The notes under the pieces: generated by a model
What the model saw: only the letters and a program-made list of their open reading frames with translations
Told to the model about the DNA's origin: nothing
The model's database searches: none
Translations under genes and position numbers: made by a program
NCBI GenBank assembly: GCA_965243025.1
Contig: CBDETY010000003.1
Span: 64,001-128,000 of the forward strand
Reading direction: 5' to 3'
DNA length: 64,000 bases
Source of the DNA: Candidatus Latescibacterota bacterium
GTDB taxonomy: Bacteria > Latescibacterota > UBA2968 > UBA8231
Shown here: positions 11,585-20,296 of the stretch, one piece after another
How positions within the stretch are numbered: position 1 is the stretch's first letter
Layout of the letters: each line of letters begins with the position of its first letter

Positions 11585-11587
11585 TGA
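8408..11587 (+). CDS. Large heparinase II/III-like protein, copy B (tandem paralog)
   Basis: Same RBS context (gaggagacacggATG). Near-identical to copy A along its length. An alternative start at 8372 overlaps the copy A stop. Confidence 0.65.
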   Translation: MRVIDEWDLVEYVDHDWPEEVVWHDLESMPGAAHLEVVDESGRTTAAQLHESEPKVAWVTDLPAGARKSFALREAAAPPDTPLSLKISPGIAEVTNASFGLRLSWEGADPQAGPIVAVRGVDGIWFGGSSFAADTPEPQGLGCEVLAGGPVVGRLRQTFALAGGSTLRLTWEVDAAAAAVRCWQEQEGDAGGAVVWHLGRGFEPTQAYWRPSQSPRVPIYRQFDYHRHTYPMRYPAEPERMELGLMYQHGFDRSNIWAGWYAGGERRDVLMVAPIRPSQTRVAAGELWTRHPSGAGYTHANRLRWAQHSAAEVDGEKRIDLALPLQEGVRPFALAMLDREGDLSCEPGRNPANDIDRLCARLMALGLNDYARMDLDWPGIGEARFPGIFLGAGELPEIRRTLEEWDWFREVFCAHVEDEFFNSLAGNDMLLAKGLPPVGRDLAGAYLATGDESYAARAKEELVPLFEPLVECMLGYSIGNERNFGISLAQSIPRGALALDFILGSGQFTARERLALLRKMLFLAETIMSEDTWPRYESGLALSMRNFNTHVIFGRAVLAGRAEGHPRQKQWFAAIRDQIDWVLENEIDDAGAGNEALTYQIIDFGYFLQCALIMGTDQARPFLEKPRFRKALEYWIDILTPPDPRNRNKRMYPPLGHTASGSSGGFSQSAFLALAAKVYRPIDRDFSLRCMRAWRACGSCIINWRDAGAHGCTVWAQPLCFIDRDLLEDDREVEVADSRMCGKTGAMLRHRHGDGKRTEGFLMFKTGKNRGHFDGDEGSFIWYAYGTPMLIDYMTGYSPMMDQPWMNNRISIDHRQDRRNPGRFLAHRFSPEIDFLCAEQTISELQEFPEWPRRFRHQHFEYVSAPWEQVPEHRWRRHLLYLKPLETLVLLDDIAGTLPTDWSIQVLADNVRATGTGARFTGQLGIDLVAAFARPQEPDLLTSSYAHLGSYEPGQMGEYKRTWYWSREDIGEGDLFARTGGEHAMILRAHAQPGRPFLAMLAAHRADRPLPEIAVGPDRNGFELRTEAGEAEVGVDGGYTRWKVRLRTSSGEVQQELSI

Positions 11588-11627
11588 CGGCCCCGGCCCG
11601 CCTGGTGCATGCGCCCGCAATTCCGCG

Positions 11628-11703
11628 CATCCCGGCTCGCGGCCTGGCCTTCGCTCGCCCGACACCCCCGGAACGACTCGCTCAGGCGCCATGAAAGCGG
11701 GGG
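11628..11703 (+). repeat. Degenerate copy of the intergenic MITE core hairpin
   Basis: catcccggctcgcggcctggccttcgctcgcccgacacccccggaacgactcgctcaggcgcc closely matches 43738-43801. It lies between convergent genes. Confidence 0.8.
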
Positions 11704-11751
11704 GCATCGGCGCCCTCGTCAGGACGCTTGCCTGGCGTCCAGGCGCCAGTT

Positions 11752-13227
11752 TCATCCGGGTCTACCCGGAAGAGAATCCACAAGCCGCAGGTCCCAGCGC
11801 ACCAGTTCTTCGGTCAGCTCCTGCCGTCTACCGCTGTGGGCCGGGTCGTTCGCCAGGTTCCTCAGCTCGTGCGGATCGGCCTTCAGGTCGTAGAGCTCCC
11901 GGGCGCCGTACGGATCCAGAACCAGCTTCCAGTCCCCCTTGACCACCATCTTCCACTTGCCGGTCTGGGTGACGTCGTTGAGCTCGTTCCAGGTCCCCAC
12001 CGACTTCAGGGTGAAGCTCCCCCCGCGCAGCGGCGGATCGTCCTCCGCTTCGTACGGCCTGCCCTCCACCCCGGCTTCGGCGTACATCGAGTCGAGCTCG
12101 GCCCCGTCGCCGGCGCCGCTCAACAGCGGCCACAGGTCCCTCCCCTGCACCCCCGGGGGCGGCTCCAGCCCGAGCATGCCGCACAGCGTCGGCAGCACGT
12201 CGACCAGGGAAACGTGCGCCATGCCGGGCTGCGGGCGCGGCGCGATCCCAGGCCCGCGCCAGACCATCGGGATCCGCACCAGGTTCTCCGGCAGTCCGAC
12301 CCCTTTGCGGTGCAGGCCGTAGTCGCCGGCGTAGTCCGCGTGATCCGAGGTGAAGAGCACCGCCGTGCTCTCGCTCAGGCCGCTCCGGTCCAGGAAATCC
12401 AGCAGGCGCCCCACCTGGTCGTCGATCAGCCGCAGCATGCCGCAGTAGTTGGCGCGGTAGCGGGGGACCAGCCGCTCCGGATCGGGGAAGTACTCCTCGA
12501 TCAGCCGCCGCGAGAAGCGCCACTGGAAGTTCCGCCCTTCCAGGACCTCCCTCCCAGCGGCCGGGGGCGGGATCTCACCGGGAGGAAACAGGCTGAAATA
12601 CGGCTCCGGAACCTGGTAGGGACTGTGCGGCGGGTCGATGCCGAGGAACAGGTAGAACGGCTCCCGGCGCATCTGTTCGAGCAGCTCGATGGCCGCGTCC
12701 ACCACCCGCACCGGCTGCTGCAACCGCGCGGGAAAAGGAGTCGGCTCTTCCGAGATCCCGTGGGCGAGGCCGCGCATCCAGCGCCAGTACTCCTCCTGCC
12801 GGGCGCGAAGCGCCGGGTCGGGATGGGCCATCTCGTCGACGTACCAGCCGTACATGTGGAAGTGGTAGCCAGTGGCGGGGGGACTGCACGACCCGCGCAG
12901 GGCCCCTTGCCGGTAGGTGTGGTCCTTGCCCACCAGCGCCGTGGTGTAACCGGCGTCGTTGAGGAGATCGACGAGGTCGCGCTCGTACCGGGGTTCCGCC
13001 ATGGTGTGGATCCTGACGCCGTGGGCCCGCGGGAAGCGCCCCGTCAGGTAGCTGCAGCGGGCGGGCAGGCACAGCGGAACCGGAGTGTAGGCCTTGCGGA
13101 AGCGGACGCCTTCGGTCGCCAGCGCGTCGACGCGCGGCATGGTGTCGAGCGGAAAACCCTCTCCGGCCATGAAGTCCGGCCGCTGCTGGTCGGTCATGAC
13201 GACGATGATGTTGCGAGGTGAGCTCAT
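11752..13227 (-). CDS. Cys-type (formylglycine-dependent) sulfatase
   Basis: NIIVVMTDQQR, CLPARCSYLTGR (CxPxR), GKDH, PHSPY, TSDHAD and ELYDLKADPHE motifs. Start re-called at MSSPRN. No signal peptide. Confidence 0.92.
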   Translation of the reverse strand: MSSPRNIIVVMTDQQRPDFMAGEGFPLDTMPRVDALATEGVRFRKAYTPVPLCLPARCSYLTGRFPRAHGVRIHTMAEPRYERDLVDLLNDAGYTTALVGKDHTYRQGALRGSCSPPATGYHFHMYGWYVDEMAHPDPALRARQEEYWRWMRGLAHGISEEPTPFPARLQQPVRVVDAAIELLEQMRREPFYLFLGIDPPHSPYQVPEPYFSLFPPGEIPPPAAGREVLEGRNFQWRFSRRLIEEYFPDPERLVPRYRANYCGMLRLIDDQVGRLLDFLDRSGLSESTAVLFTSDHADYAGDYGLHRKGVGLPENLVRIPMVWRGPGIAPRPQPGMAHVSLVDVLPTLCGMLGLEPPPGVQGRDLWPLLSGAGDGAELDSMYAEAGVEGRPYEAEDDPPLRGGSFTLKSVGTWNELNDVTQTGKWKMVVKGDWKLVLDPYGARELYDLKADPHELRNLANDPAHSGRRQELTEELVRWDLRLVDSLPGRPG

Positions 13228-13234
13228 ATCCCTG

Positions 13235-15268
13235 CTAGCCTCCGGCGGATCCCAAGGACAGCGCCACCACCGCCCAGAACACCTCCATGGCAAGGTGTCC
13301 GAGCGCCAGCCCCAGGAAGGCCGGCAGCGCCTTCTGATACAGCCGCACCCCGCCGTAGCGCAGCATCGTCGACTTGATCGCCCAGGCGATGAGCACCGAG
13401 GACCACAGTTTGTAGCCGAACCCGGTGCCGACCACGAAGCCGATCGGATGCAGCGGCCAGTGCGAGAACACCCGCCGCAGGACGGCGAGGGCGGCGGTTA
13501 CCGCGAAACCGATCCCCTCGAAGGCGTAGTTCAGCCAGGCCGCGGCCTGCGGTTTGTATGCCCAGTGGACGGTGTGATGCACCTCACGGCCGTGGTAAAA
13601 GGAGACTGCCGCGTACTGGTTGCCGCTCCCCATGTCCTGGAGCCCGTGGGTGTAGATCGCCGTCAACGAGGTCCAGAAGGCGATCGCCAGCCCCAGCGCG
13701 AAAGCCAGCACCAGCGCCAGGGTCATGCGGGGGGCCGGTACGGCGGCGGCCTGTCCCAACTTGTACGATTCGAAGAGGATCACCATCAACATGCCGAAAC
13801 CGCCGGCGCAGAGCATGTTGAGGTGAGAGAGGACCTGGTAGTCGGAGGCGGAGTAGATTGCCGGGCCGGTGCCGGTCGCCATGTAGATCAGGAACGGTAC
13901 CGGCAGCAGCTCGTAGGTGAACGGCACTCCAGCCTCGGCGCGCATGCGGGCGAAGGCCAGCGCCAGGAGCAGAAACAGCACGAAAAAGGCCAGTCCCCAG
14001 CCGATACCCAGGCCCGCCATGTGAGCCCAGATCACGCAGATGGCCAGGGCCCCGGCCAGCCCCCCGACCGTGAAACCCGCGGAGAATGGTTCCCCCTCTT
14101 CCCGTCCCGGGCGGGCTTGCCGGAATCTGAACGCTTTGCCGAGGAGTTCCCGCAGATGCGACCGGGCGCTCCAGACCATGAAGATGATCAGCACGTAGAT
14201 GCCGCCCTGGGCCTGGCTGCTGAAGAAGGGAAACTGCCTGGCGCCGGAAAAGAACATGAGCCGGTTCGCAGCGGTCATCTGGGACAGCCCGGTCAGCTCG
14301 GCACCGAGCAGTTGCAGACGGGTGAGCAGGAAAAAGAGCCAGACGCTCAACAGCGTATTCAGCGGGAACAGGTAGGCGATGCCGATCATGAGCGGGGAGA
14401 CCGAAAACAGGAAGGGATCGGAAGGCAGCATGGTTTCCAGGGTCATGGCGCTCCACGGTTTCTCCACCAGGAAGTTGGCGAAGTCCAGCTCCAGGCTCAC
14501 CGGGGTCAACGCCTGCACGTACCTGGTCAGCCCGTTGTAACCCAGAAGCAGCGCCGATACCGCAAAGCCGGTCCACGTCAACCGGTTGCGCAGCAGTCCG
14601 CCCGGGGCGGCCCCCGGGGCCTCGCCGCCGATGAGGGCCAGCGGCAGCTGCGCTATCGGGAAATTGAGGTTCTCTGTCTCCGTCCACTGCCGCCGCAGCA
14701 GGATCACCACGCACAGCATGGCGAAGAACAGACTGCAGATCAGCACCGACCAGGCGGCCAGCGGCAGCAGCCAGGCCCCCCAGGGCACGCCCCCCCCGGT
14801 GGGCGCGAAAAACTCGTCCACGGCCCCGGGGTCGGCGGCGGCGGGACCGAACCAGGCGGGGATGTATTTCAGGAAAGGGTAGTACCACGTCCCCGGTTCG
14901 GCGTACATGAAATGGTTGGTGACCATTCCGGGCAGCAGCCGGTGCACCAGACCGGTTCCCGACAGCAGGGAGCCCACGCAGGCCATGCAGTAGATGACGG
15001 CCAGTTCGCCGCGACTCAGCCGCAGCCACGGCAGCAGTCCCCGCAACCCGGACAGCAGCAGCACGAGCAGGCCCAGCAGGAAGACCGGGCCCGCCGGCGG
15101 GGCCCACTCGTTCAGGTCGGGACCGCCCAGGGCCAGCGTCACCCGCTGCAGGAGCAGGCTGATCAGCGCGATCGCCCCGGCCCCGAGCAGGAACGATTTC
15201 AGCGTCAGCCCGCGGTCGACTGCCCCGCTGCTACTGTCGCGCCGATCGGTGCCGTGCGTCCTGGCCAT
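13235..15268 (-). CDS. Polytopic membrane protein, DUF6785/DUF6784-like (distant OPT-like transporter)
   Basis: Many TM segments, with LSRGELAVIY, RRQWTETENLNFPIAQLP, FARMRAEAG and WPLHPIGF motifs. Confidence 0.75.
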   Translation of the reverse strand: MARTHGTDRRDSSSGAVDRGLTLKSFLLGAGAIALISLLLQRVTLALGGPDLNEWAPPAGPVFLLGLLVLLLSGLRGLLPWLRLSRGELAVIYCMACVGSLLSGTGLVHRLLPGMVTNHFMYAEPGTWYYPFLKYIPAWFGPAAADPGAVDEFFAPTGGGVPWGAWLLPLAAWSVLICSLFFAMLCVVILLRRQWTETENLNFPIAQLPLALIGGEAPGAAPGGLLRNRLTWTGFAVSALLLGYNGLTRYVQALTPVSLELDFANFLVEKPWSAMTLETMLPSDPFLFSVSPLMIGIAYLFPLNTLLSVWLFFLLTRLQLLGAELTGLSQMTAANRLMFFSGARQFPFFSSQAQGGIYVLIIFMVWSARSHLRELLGKAFRFRQARPGREEGEPFSAGFTVGGLAGALAICVIWAHMAGLGIGWGLAFFVLFLLLALAFARMRAEAGVPFTYELLPVPFLIYMATGTGPAIYSASDYQVLSHLNMLCAGGFGMLMVILFESYKLGQAAAVPAPRMTLALVLAFALGLAIAFWTSLTAIYTHGLQDMGSGNQYAAVSFYHGREVHHTVHWAYKPQAAAWLNYAFEGIGFAVTAALAVLRRVFSHWPLHPIGFVVGTGFGYKLWSSVLIAWAIKSTMLRYGGVRLYQKALPAFLGLALGHLAMEVFWAVVALSLGSAGG

Positions 15269-15274
15269 GGCCGC

Positions 15275-18200
15275 TCAGATTCCCAGTACCGCGCGGGGGT
15301 CCCTGCCTGCCAGTCCGGCGGCGCGGCCCTCGTAGCCCTGCCGGGCTTCGTCGCCGATGGCGCGCCAGATCAGGAACTGCTTTCGCAGGTCGTTGAAGAA
15401 GGCATAGTTCTTGCGCAGCCAGCTTTCGCGGTCGCCGGAAACCCGGCTCGCCTGCACCTCGACCTCGTAGACGTCCTCCTGGCCGGGGACGGCCTGCAGC
15501 TCGAGCCGCTGGCTCACATTCAGGTCGAAGGGAGCCAGCCAGACCTGCAGGCCGACCGCGTGCACCGCTCCGCCGGGTGTGTCGAGGCGCTCGTAGCGGG
15601 CATCCCGGGTGTAGAAGGCGGCCCCCACGGTCTGCTCTTCGTGCAGGGCGAAATACTCCGTGAGGTAGGCCATCAGGCCGGCGACGTCCGCCTGCCGCAC
15701 GGTGACCGGGATCGTCATCGACAGCTCGTCTCCCACCGCCGGGGGCAGGATCCACTTGCGCTGCACCGCCGAGGCCGCAACCCGGAAGGCCAGGCTCGCC
15801 GGATACAGGCTGGAGAGCAGCACCATGGCCATCACCAGGGCGATGCTGTAGACGACCGACAGCGAGGAGTAGTTGAGGGTCAGCCCGGAAACCAGGTCGA
15901 AGGAAGAGACCACGGTCGACACCAGCTGGCCCGCCAGGTATCCCAGCACCGCTCCGAAACTCGCATACACCGCGGCTTCGGCGACGAACAGACCGGCCAC
16001 GTGCAGCGGCGACAGCCCCACCGCGGTGTAGGTGTTGATCTCCTCCCGCCGCTCGTACACGGAGCCCAGCATCGTGTTCAGCACGATCAGGGCCCCGATG
16101 ACCAGCGGTACTATGATGTTGCTCAGACCGCCCACCGACTGCAGATCCACCGCGTTCAGCAGGTAGCGCCGGCCATCGATGCCCGCGGTCATGTTGACCG
16201 CCAGCCCCGCCATCCAGTCCTCGATCGCCCTGCCGACGGCTGCGGCGCTGGCAAAGCCGATGGCGACGGAGCGGATGCTTCCCCCCCAGCGGCGCGCCAC
16301 CGCGTAGGGCACGACGACCGCCTGCTCGGCGGCGAGGTGGACGAAGCTGACCTCTTCTCCCGACAGGGCGCGCTCGGCGGCCCCCCCGGTCTTCTCCGGC
16401 GGCTGCGTGGCATCGGGATCCAGCGGCGTCAACGGCGCGTTGCCGAGGTCCAGCAGATTGTCGAACAGCCCTTCGTCCAGCAGCCCGACGACGGTGAAGA
16501 CCTCCCCGGAGATCACCACCCGCGCGATACCCGCGTCGGCCGCCCCGATACGCAGCTGGCGCGCGAGGCGCAGCGGCAGGATGCAGACCTGCTCCTCGCC
16601 CGGCTCGAACCAGCGGCCGGCGTACAGGGCGCGCTGGGGGGCGGTCAGCGCCGCCTCCTGCGCCGTCAGTCCGAGGACCGCCATCGCCGTGCCGGCCCGG
16701 TCGCGCCGGTCCAGCCGTTCGACCCGGACCCTGCTCTGCGGCGCGACGCCCGCCACCCCCTTCGCCGTGCCGTCGAACCAGGCCCGCGGGCTCACGATCT
16801 GCTCCCGGAACTGGTTGGCGATGCCGGCATGGATCCCTTCGTTCACCGGTGCCCAGCCCACCTGCCGCACCAGCAGTCCGTCGTAGAGGGCAGGGCCCTG
16901 TGCCGGCACCTGGTTGAAGCCCAGGAAGGTCTTTACCGAGGTGAAACCCAGCACCGAGAACGTCACCAGGACGATCGTCGACATCGCCAGCAGGGTGCGC
17001 AGCGGCCGGCGCCGCATGTTGTTGATGCCCAGGTCGAAGGCGCTCCAGACGGCCCCCGAGCGGTCCATGTCCGCCCGGTGCACCCCGCCCACGCGGCTCA
17101 TCATCCTCCGGATCTGTCGCTGCATCCTGGTCAGACCGATGCGGATCACCAGTACGCTGAGGGCGAAGATGATGAAGCCGAGCAGGATGATGCCGGGGTT
17201 GAGCGCCAGGTCGAAGGCGGGGTGGACCCACCTCAGGATCCCGAAGGCCGCCAGGAAGAACGCGGCAAGTCCCAGCAGCTGCCGCCTGATGGTCGCCCCG
17301 GCCAGCAGCAGCCGTTCGCCGAACCAGGCGAAGGGGATCAGCAGCGCCATGTAGAAGAGCACTCCCTTGACCACGTCGCCGGTCGTGCCGTGCACGTCGA
17401 GGTAGGCTCGGCTGGCGTAGGTCCAGGAGCGGCGGGCCATCTCGCCGAAGCGGTCGTACTCCTTCTTCTCCAGCGCCTTCCCGGCTTCGTCCAGGTAGTC
17501 CAGCGCCCGGTCGTGCAGGTTCCGCAGGCGCTCGTTGCGCACCCCGTGCCGCCGCAGGTTGTCGATGCGGCTGTCGTTCAGCAGACTGATGTCCCTCGCC
17601 ACCCGGTAGGCGGTATGGGTCAGGCGCGTCTGCCGGGAGACCGGGAAGCCCTCCCCGATCGCCGTTTCAGGAGAGCTGTTGAGGAGCAGAAGGCGGTTGC
17701 CCAGGCCGTAGAATCCCCAGGTCATGGCGATCTTCATCCGCGTCCCGGGCGGGGCGAAGACTGTCACGCAGGGTTCGACCAGCGAATCCAGTTTCTTCTG
17801 CACCCATCTGGCATTGTAATCGAAACGAACCCCCGCCTCGCGGTCGTTATACGGATACAGCGGCAGGGTGTAGCCGAATTCGACCGGCTGCACCTCGCGC
17901 CCCTCCTCCAGCACCGACAGGCTGTTCAGCACATCCAGATAGCGGTGGTCGAGCGCTTCGAAGAGGGTCATCCCGTCGGCCTCGAAGAGCACGACGCTGA
18001 CTTCTTCGCGCTTGCGGTCCAGATCGAGCTCCAGCGGGTAGCGCTCGGCCCCGTTGACCCCCAGGTCCGCGACATGGTCGACCGAACCATCGACGGGATC
18101 GAGGTGATACGCTTCCAGCTTCACCGGCACCATTCCGGAAAAGGAGGCGGCGCGGATTACCCCGGGCATGAGGAAACGGCCGTGGCGGTCGGCCATGGCC

Positions 18201-20284
18201 AGGAACTCGGTGCGCACCCCGACGAGGGTCTTGGCGGGCAGGCGCAGGCGCACCAGGGAATGGGGTACCGGCGCGTCAGGGACGAAGCCGGTGTGCGGAT
18301 CGAAGTAGACGGTCCGGCCTTCGACGTAGCCGAAGAAGTCGGACTCGCCGCGGGCGATCATGGCGATCCGCGGATCGTCGGCGGCTTCGCGCAGGAACGG
18401 CAGGAGGAACTCCGCCTGGCGGCCCAGGCGCGAAAGGTCGAGCCCGGCGGCGCGGTCCAGGGGCGTGTCGAAGGCGGAACGGGTGTCCGCCAGGGTGGCC
18501 AGGGTCGCGGTGAGGAACCCCCAGGCGTTCAGGGGGCCGCCGTTGAACGGGAGGGGCTCGTGGTGGCCCCCCAGGACCAGCCGCCCGCGCTCGAACTGGA
18601 TGCCGTCGAAGAACAGCGGCGGTTGGCCGAAGCCGGCGGCCGCCAGTGTTTCCTCGACCCGTTTGCCGGCCGCCATGACCCGTTCGTAGAACGGGGAATC
18701 GCCATGGGTATTGCGGTTGTGGGCCCAGCCCGGCCCGAAATCATAGAAGCCGCCGCCCCCGAAGATGCCGACCCGGTCTCCCCCCGCCGACAGATCCAGC
18801 CCCAGGCAGGCGTCGAGGCGGTAGCGGTCGAGCACCGCCAGAAACCGGCCCTGCCCATCGACGACACGCAGCTTCTGCCGGAGATCCCTCATCTCCTCCG
18901 CCAGGCGCCGGCGCAGCACTTCCACCAGGGCGGGTGAGCGAAACAGGGACTCCATCTCCGCGGCGGTTTCGATCCAGCGCAGGGGGCGCGCCACCTCGAG
19001 CATGGCTTCCAGGCGAACGCGTTCGGCTTCCTCCAGCTCCCCTTCGAGCCTGTTTTCCTGCCCGGCAACAACGCGGGCGGCGTTGTCGGCGAGCTCTTCG
19101 ACGAGGCGGGGGAGGCTCTCCGTCCCCGGCGGCAGGGAACCGCCATCCTCCAGATAAGCGGTGAACTGCTCCAGCAGGCGCAGCCGCCCGGTGAGGCGGC
19201 TACGGCGCTGCGCCAGCCCTCGCTGCCCTCCGTCCATCAGGGCAACCAGCTGGCGCATGCCGATCAGCGCCTGGAAGTGGCCGCCGCTGGCGACGAAAAC
19301 CACGGTGCGCGCCGGCGGCCGGGCGGCAAACTCCCGGGCGGCCTCCAGCAGCACCGCCACACCCGACGCCGCCCCGGCCCCGGGAGCACGGGCCGGCACC
19401 ACCGAGGCGGCGTCGTAGTAGGCCTCCAGCACGAGGGCGTGGTCCCTGAGCTCGGGGTCGCTCCCCTCCACGACGCCGAGGATGTGGCGGCCAAGGGCGT
19501 TCGCCCAGTCCATGCGGGCGGTGAGATGGACCGGCTGGCCGAGGTGGTTTTTCAGGGTTTCCCCGGCCCGGCGCGGCACCCAGAACCGCGGCAGGTCGGC
19601 CGGCACCGAGAGGAATTTCTGTTCGGCCTCGGTGCGGTTCGGCTTTTCGGGCTCCAGAAACAGGACCGCCGAGGCCCCCAGGTCGAAGGCGTTTATCCAG
19701 TTCATCCCGGAATCGAACTCCATCAGCACCAGCTGCCCGGCGACGTCGAGTCCGTTGAAAGCCGACAGCTCGCCATGGCCGCCGTAGACCAGCCGGCCGC
19801 TGATGCCGCCCGGAGGCAAGGTGGGCGTGCGCACCAGGTTGGGCCACAGGCAGAACAGCTCGACCGCCGGACCGTCCGGCTGCACCACCAGGCGCGCGCC
19901 CCGGTCGAGCGGCACCGGCAGCTCGAACGGCATGGCGGTCACCGACTGCAGGCCGATCCGGCGGAACCGGTCTTCGATCCAGGCGGCGGCGCTGTCAGCG
20001 CCGGGATAGCCGGTTACGCGGGAAGGGTAGCCGGAAAGGGTCGCGATCGCGCGCCGCAGGCGCTCCAGGTCGACGCCGCTCCTGGCGGCGGAGCCGGCGT
20101 CGGCGGAAATGCGCGGCGCAGCGGTATCCGGGAAGGACCGGAAGGAAAACGGGAAATCGGCGAAGTAGAAGTGGAGAAGCGATGCGAGGGCGGCTGCGGA
20201 CGCCAGCGCCGCGGGCCAGGCCCATGGGAAACCCGCCGGCGGGCGCTGCGGATCGTCCCCTTCCCGGGATCCGGAGTTGTGCAC
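15275..20284 (-). CDS. 1669-aa fusion: PA/M28 peptidase-like ectodomain + FtsX/MacB-like permease
   Basis: SRVTGYPG and EAYYD..APGA..ASGVAVLLE (M28-like). NNMRRRPLRTLL and NTMLGSVYERREEI..AVG are FtsX/MacB signatures. Confidence 0.8.
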   Translation of the reverse strand: MHNSGSREGDDPQRPPAGFPWAWPAALASAAALASLLHFYFADFPFSFRSFPDTAAPRISADAGSAARSGVDLERLRRAIATLSGYPSRVTGYPGADSAAAWIEDRFRRIGLQSVTAMPFELPVPLDRGARLVVQPDGPAVELFCLWPNLVRTPTLPPGGISGRLVYGGHGELSAFNGLDVAGQLVLMEFDSGMNWINAFDLGASAVLFLEPEKPNRTEAEQKFLSVPADLPRFWVPRRAGETLKNHLGQPVHLTARMDWANALGRHILGVVEGSDPELRDHALVLEAYYDAASVVPARAPGAGAASGVAVLLEAAREFAARPPARTVVFVASGGHFQALIGMRQLVALMDGGQRGLAQRRSRLTGRLRLLEQFTAYLEDGGSLPPGTESLPRLVEELADNAARVVAGQENRLEGELEEAERVRLEAMLEVARPLRWIETAAEMESLFRSPALVEVLRRRLAEEMRDLRQKLRVVDGQGRFLAVLDRYRLDACLGLDLSAGGDRVGIFGGGGFYDFGPGWAHNRNTHGDSPFYERVMAAGKRVEETLAAAGFGQPPLFFDGIQFERGRLVLGGHHEPLPFNGGPLNAWGFLTATLATLADTRSAFDTPLDRAAGLDLSRLGRQAEFLLPFLREAADDPRIAMIARGESDFFGYVEGRTVYFDPHTGFVPDAPVPHSLVRLRLPAKTLVGVRTEFLAMADRHGRFLMPGVIRAASFSGMVPVKLEAYHLDPVDGSVDHVADLGVNGAERYPLELDLDRKREEVSVVLFEADGMTLFEALDHRYLDVLNSLSVLEEGREVQPVEFGYTLPLYPYNDREAGVRFDYNARWVQKKLDSLVEPCVTVFAPPGTRMKIAMTWGFYGLGNRLLLLNSSPETAIGEGFPVSRQTRLTHTAYRVARDISLLNDSRIDNLRRHGVRNERLRNLHDRALDYLDEAGKALEKKEYDRFGEMARRSWTYASRAYLDVHGTTGDVVKGVLFYMALLIPFAWFGERLLLAGATIRRQLLGLAAFFLAAFGILRWVHPAFDLALNPGIILLGFIIFALSVLVIRIGLTRMQRQIRRMMSRVGGVHRADMDRSGAVWSAFDLGINNMRRRPLRTLLAMSTIVLVTFSVLGFTSVKTFLGFNQVPAQGPALYDGLLVRQVGWAPVNEGIHAGIANQFREQIVSPRAWFDGTAKGVAGVAPQSRVRVERLDRRDRAGTAMAVLGLTAQEAALTAPQRALYAGRWFEPGEEQVCILPLRLARQLRIGAADAGIARVVISGEVFTVVGLLDEGLFDNLLDLGNAPLTPLDPDATQPPEKTGGAAERALSGEEVSFVHLAAEQAVVVPYAVARRWGGSIRSVAIGFASAAAVGRAIEDWMAGLAVNMTAGIDGRRYLLNAVDLQSVGGLSNIIVPLVIGALIVLNTMLGSVYERREEINTYTAVGLSPLHVAGLFVAEAAVYASFGAVLGYLAGQLVSTVVSSFDLVSGLTLNYSSLSVVYSIALVMAMVLLSSLYPASLAFRVAASAVQRKWILPPAVGDELSMTIPVTVRQADVAGLMAYLTEYFALHEEQTVGAAFYTRDARYERLDTPGGAVHAVGLQVWLAPFDLNVSQRLELQAVPGQEDVYEVEVQASRVSGDRESWLRKNYAFFNDLRKQFLIWRAIGDEARQGYEGRAAGLAGRDPRAVLGI

Positions 20285-20296
20285 CTCGACAAAGGC

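Noticed and set aside
13094-18937. 1947-aa + strand ORF, and other long antisense ORFs (e.g. 36012-39575, 30456-33191, 25551-27803)
   Set aside because: Shadow frames opposite well-supported genes in high-GC DNA, with no motifs and biased R/G/P/Q/V composition.
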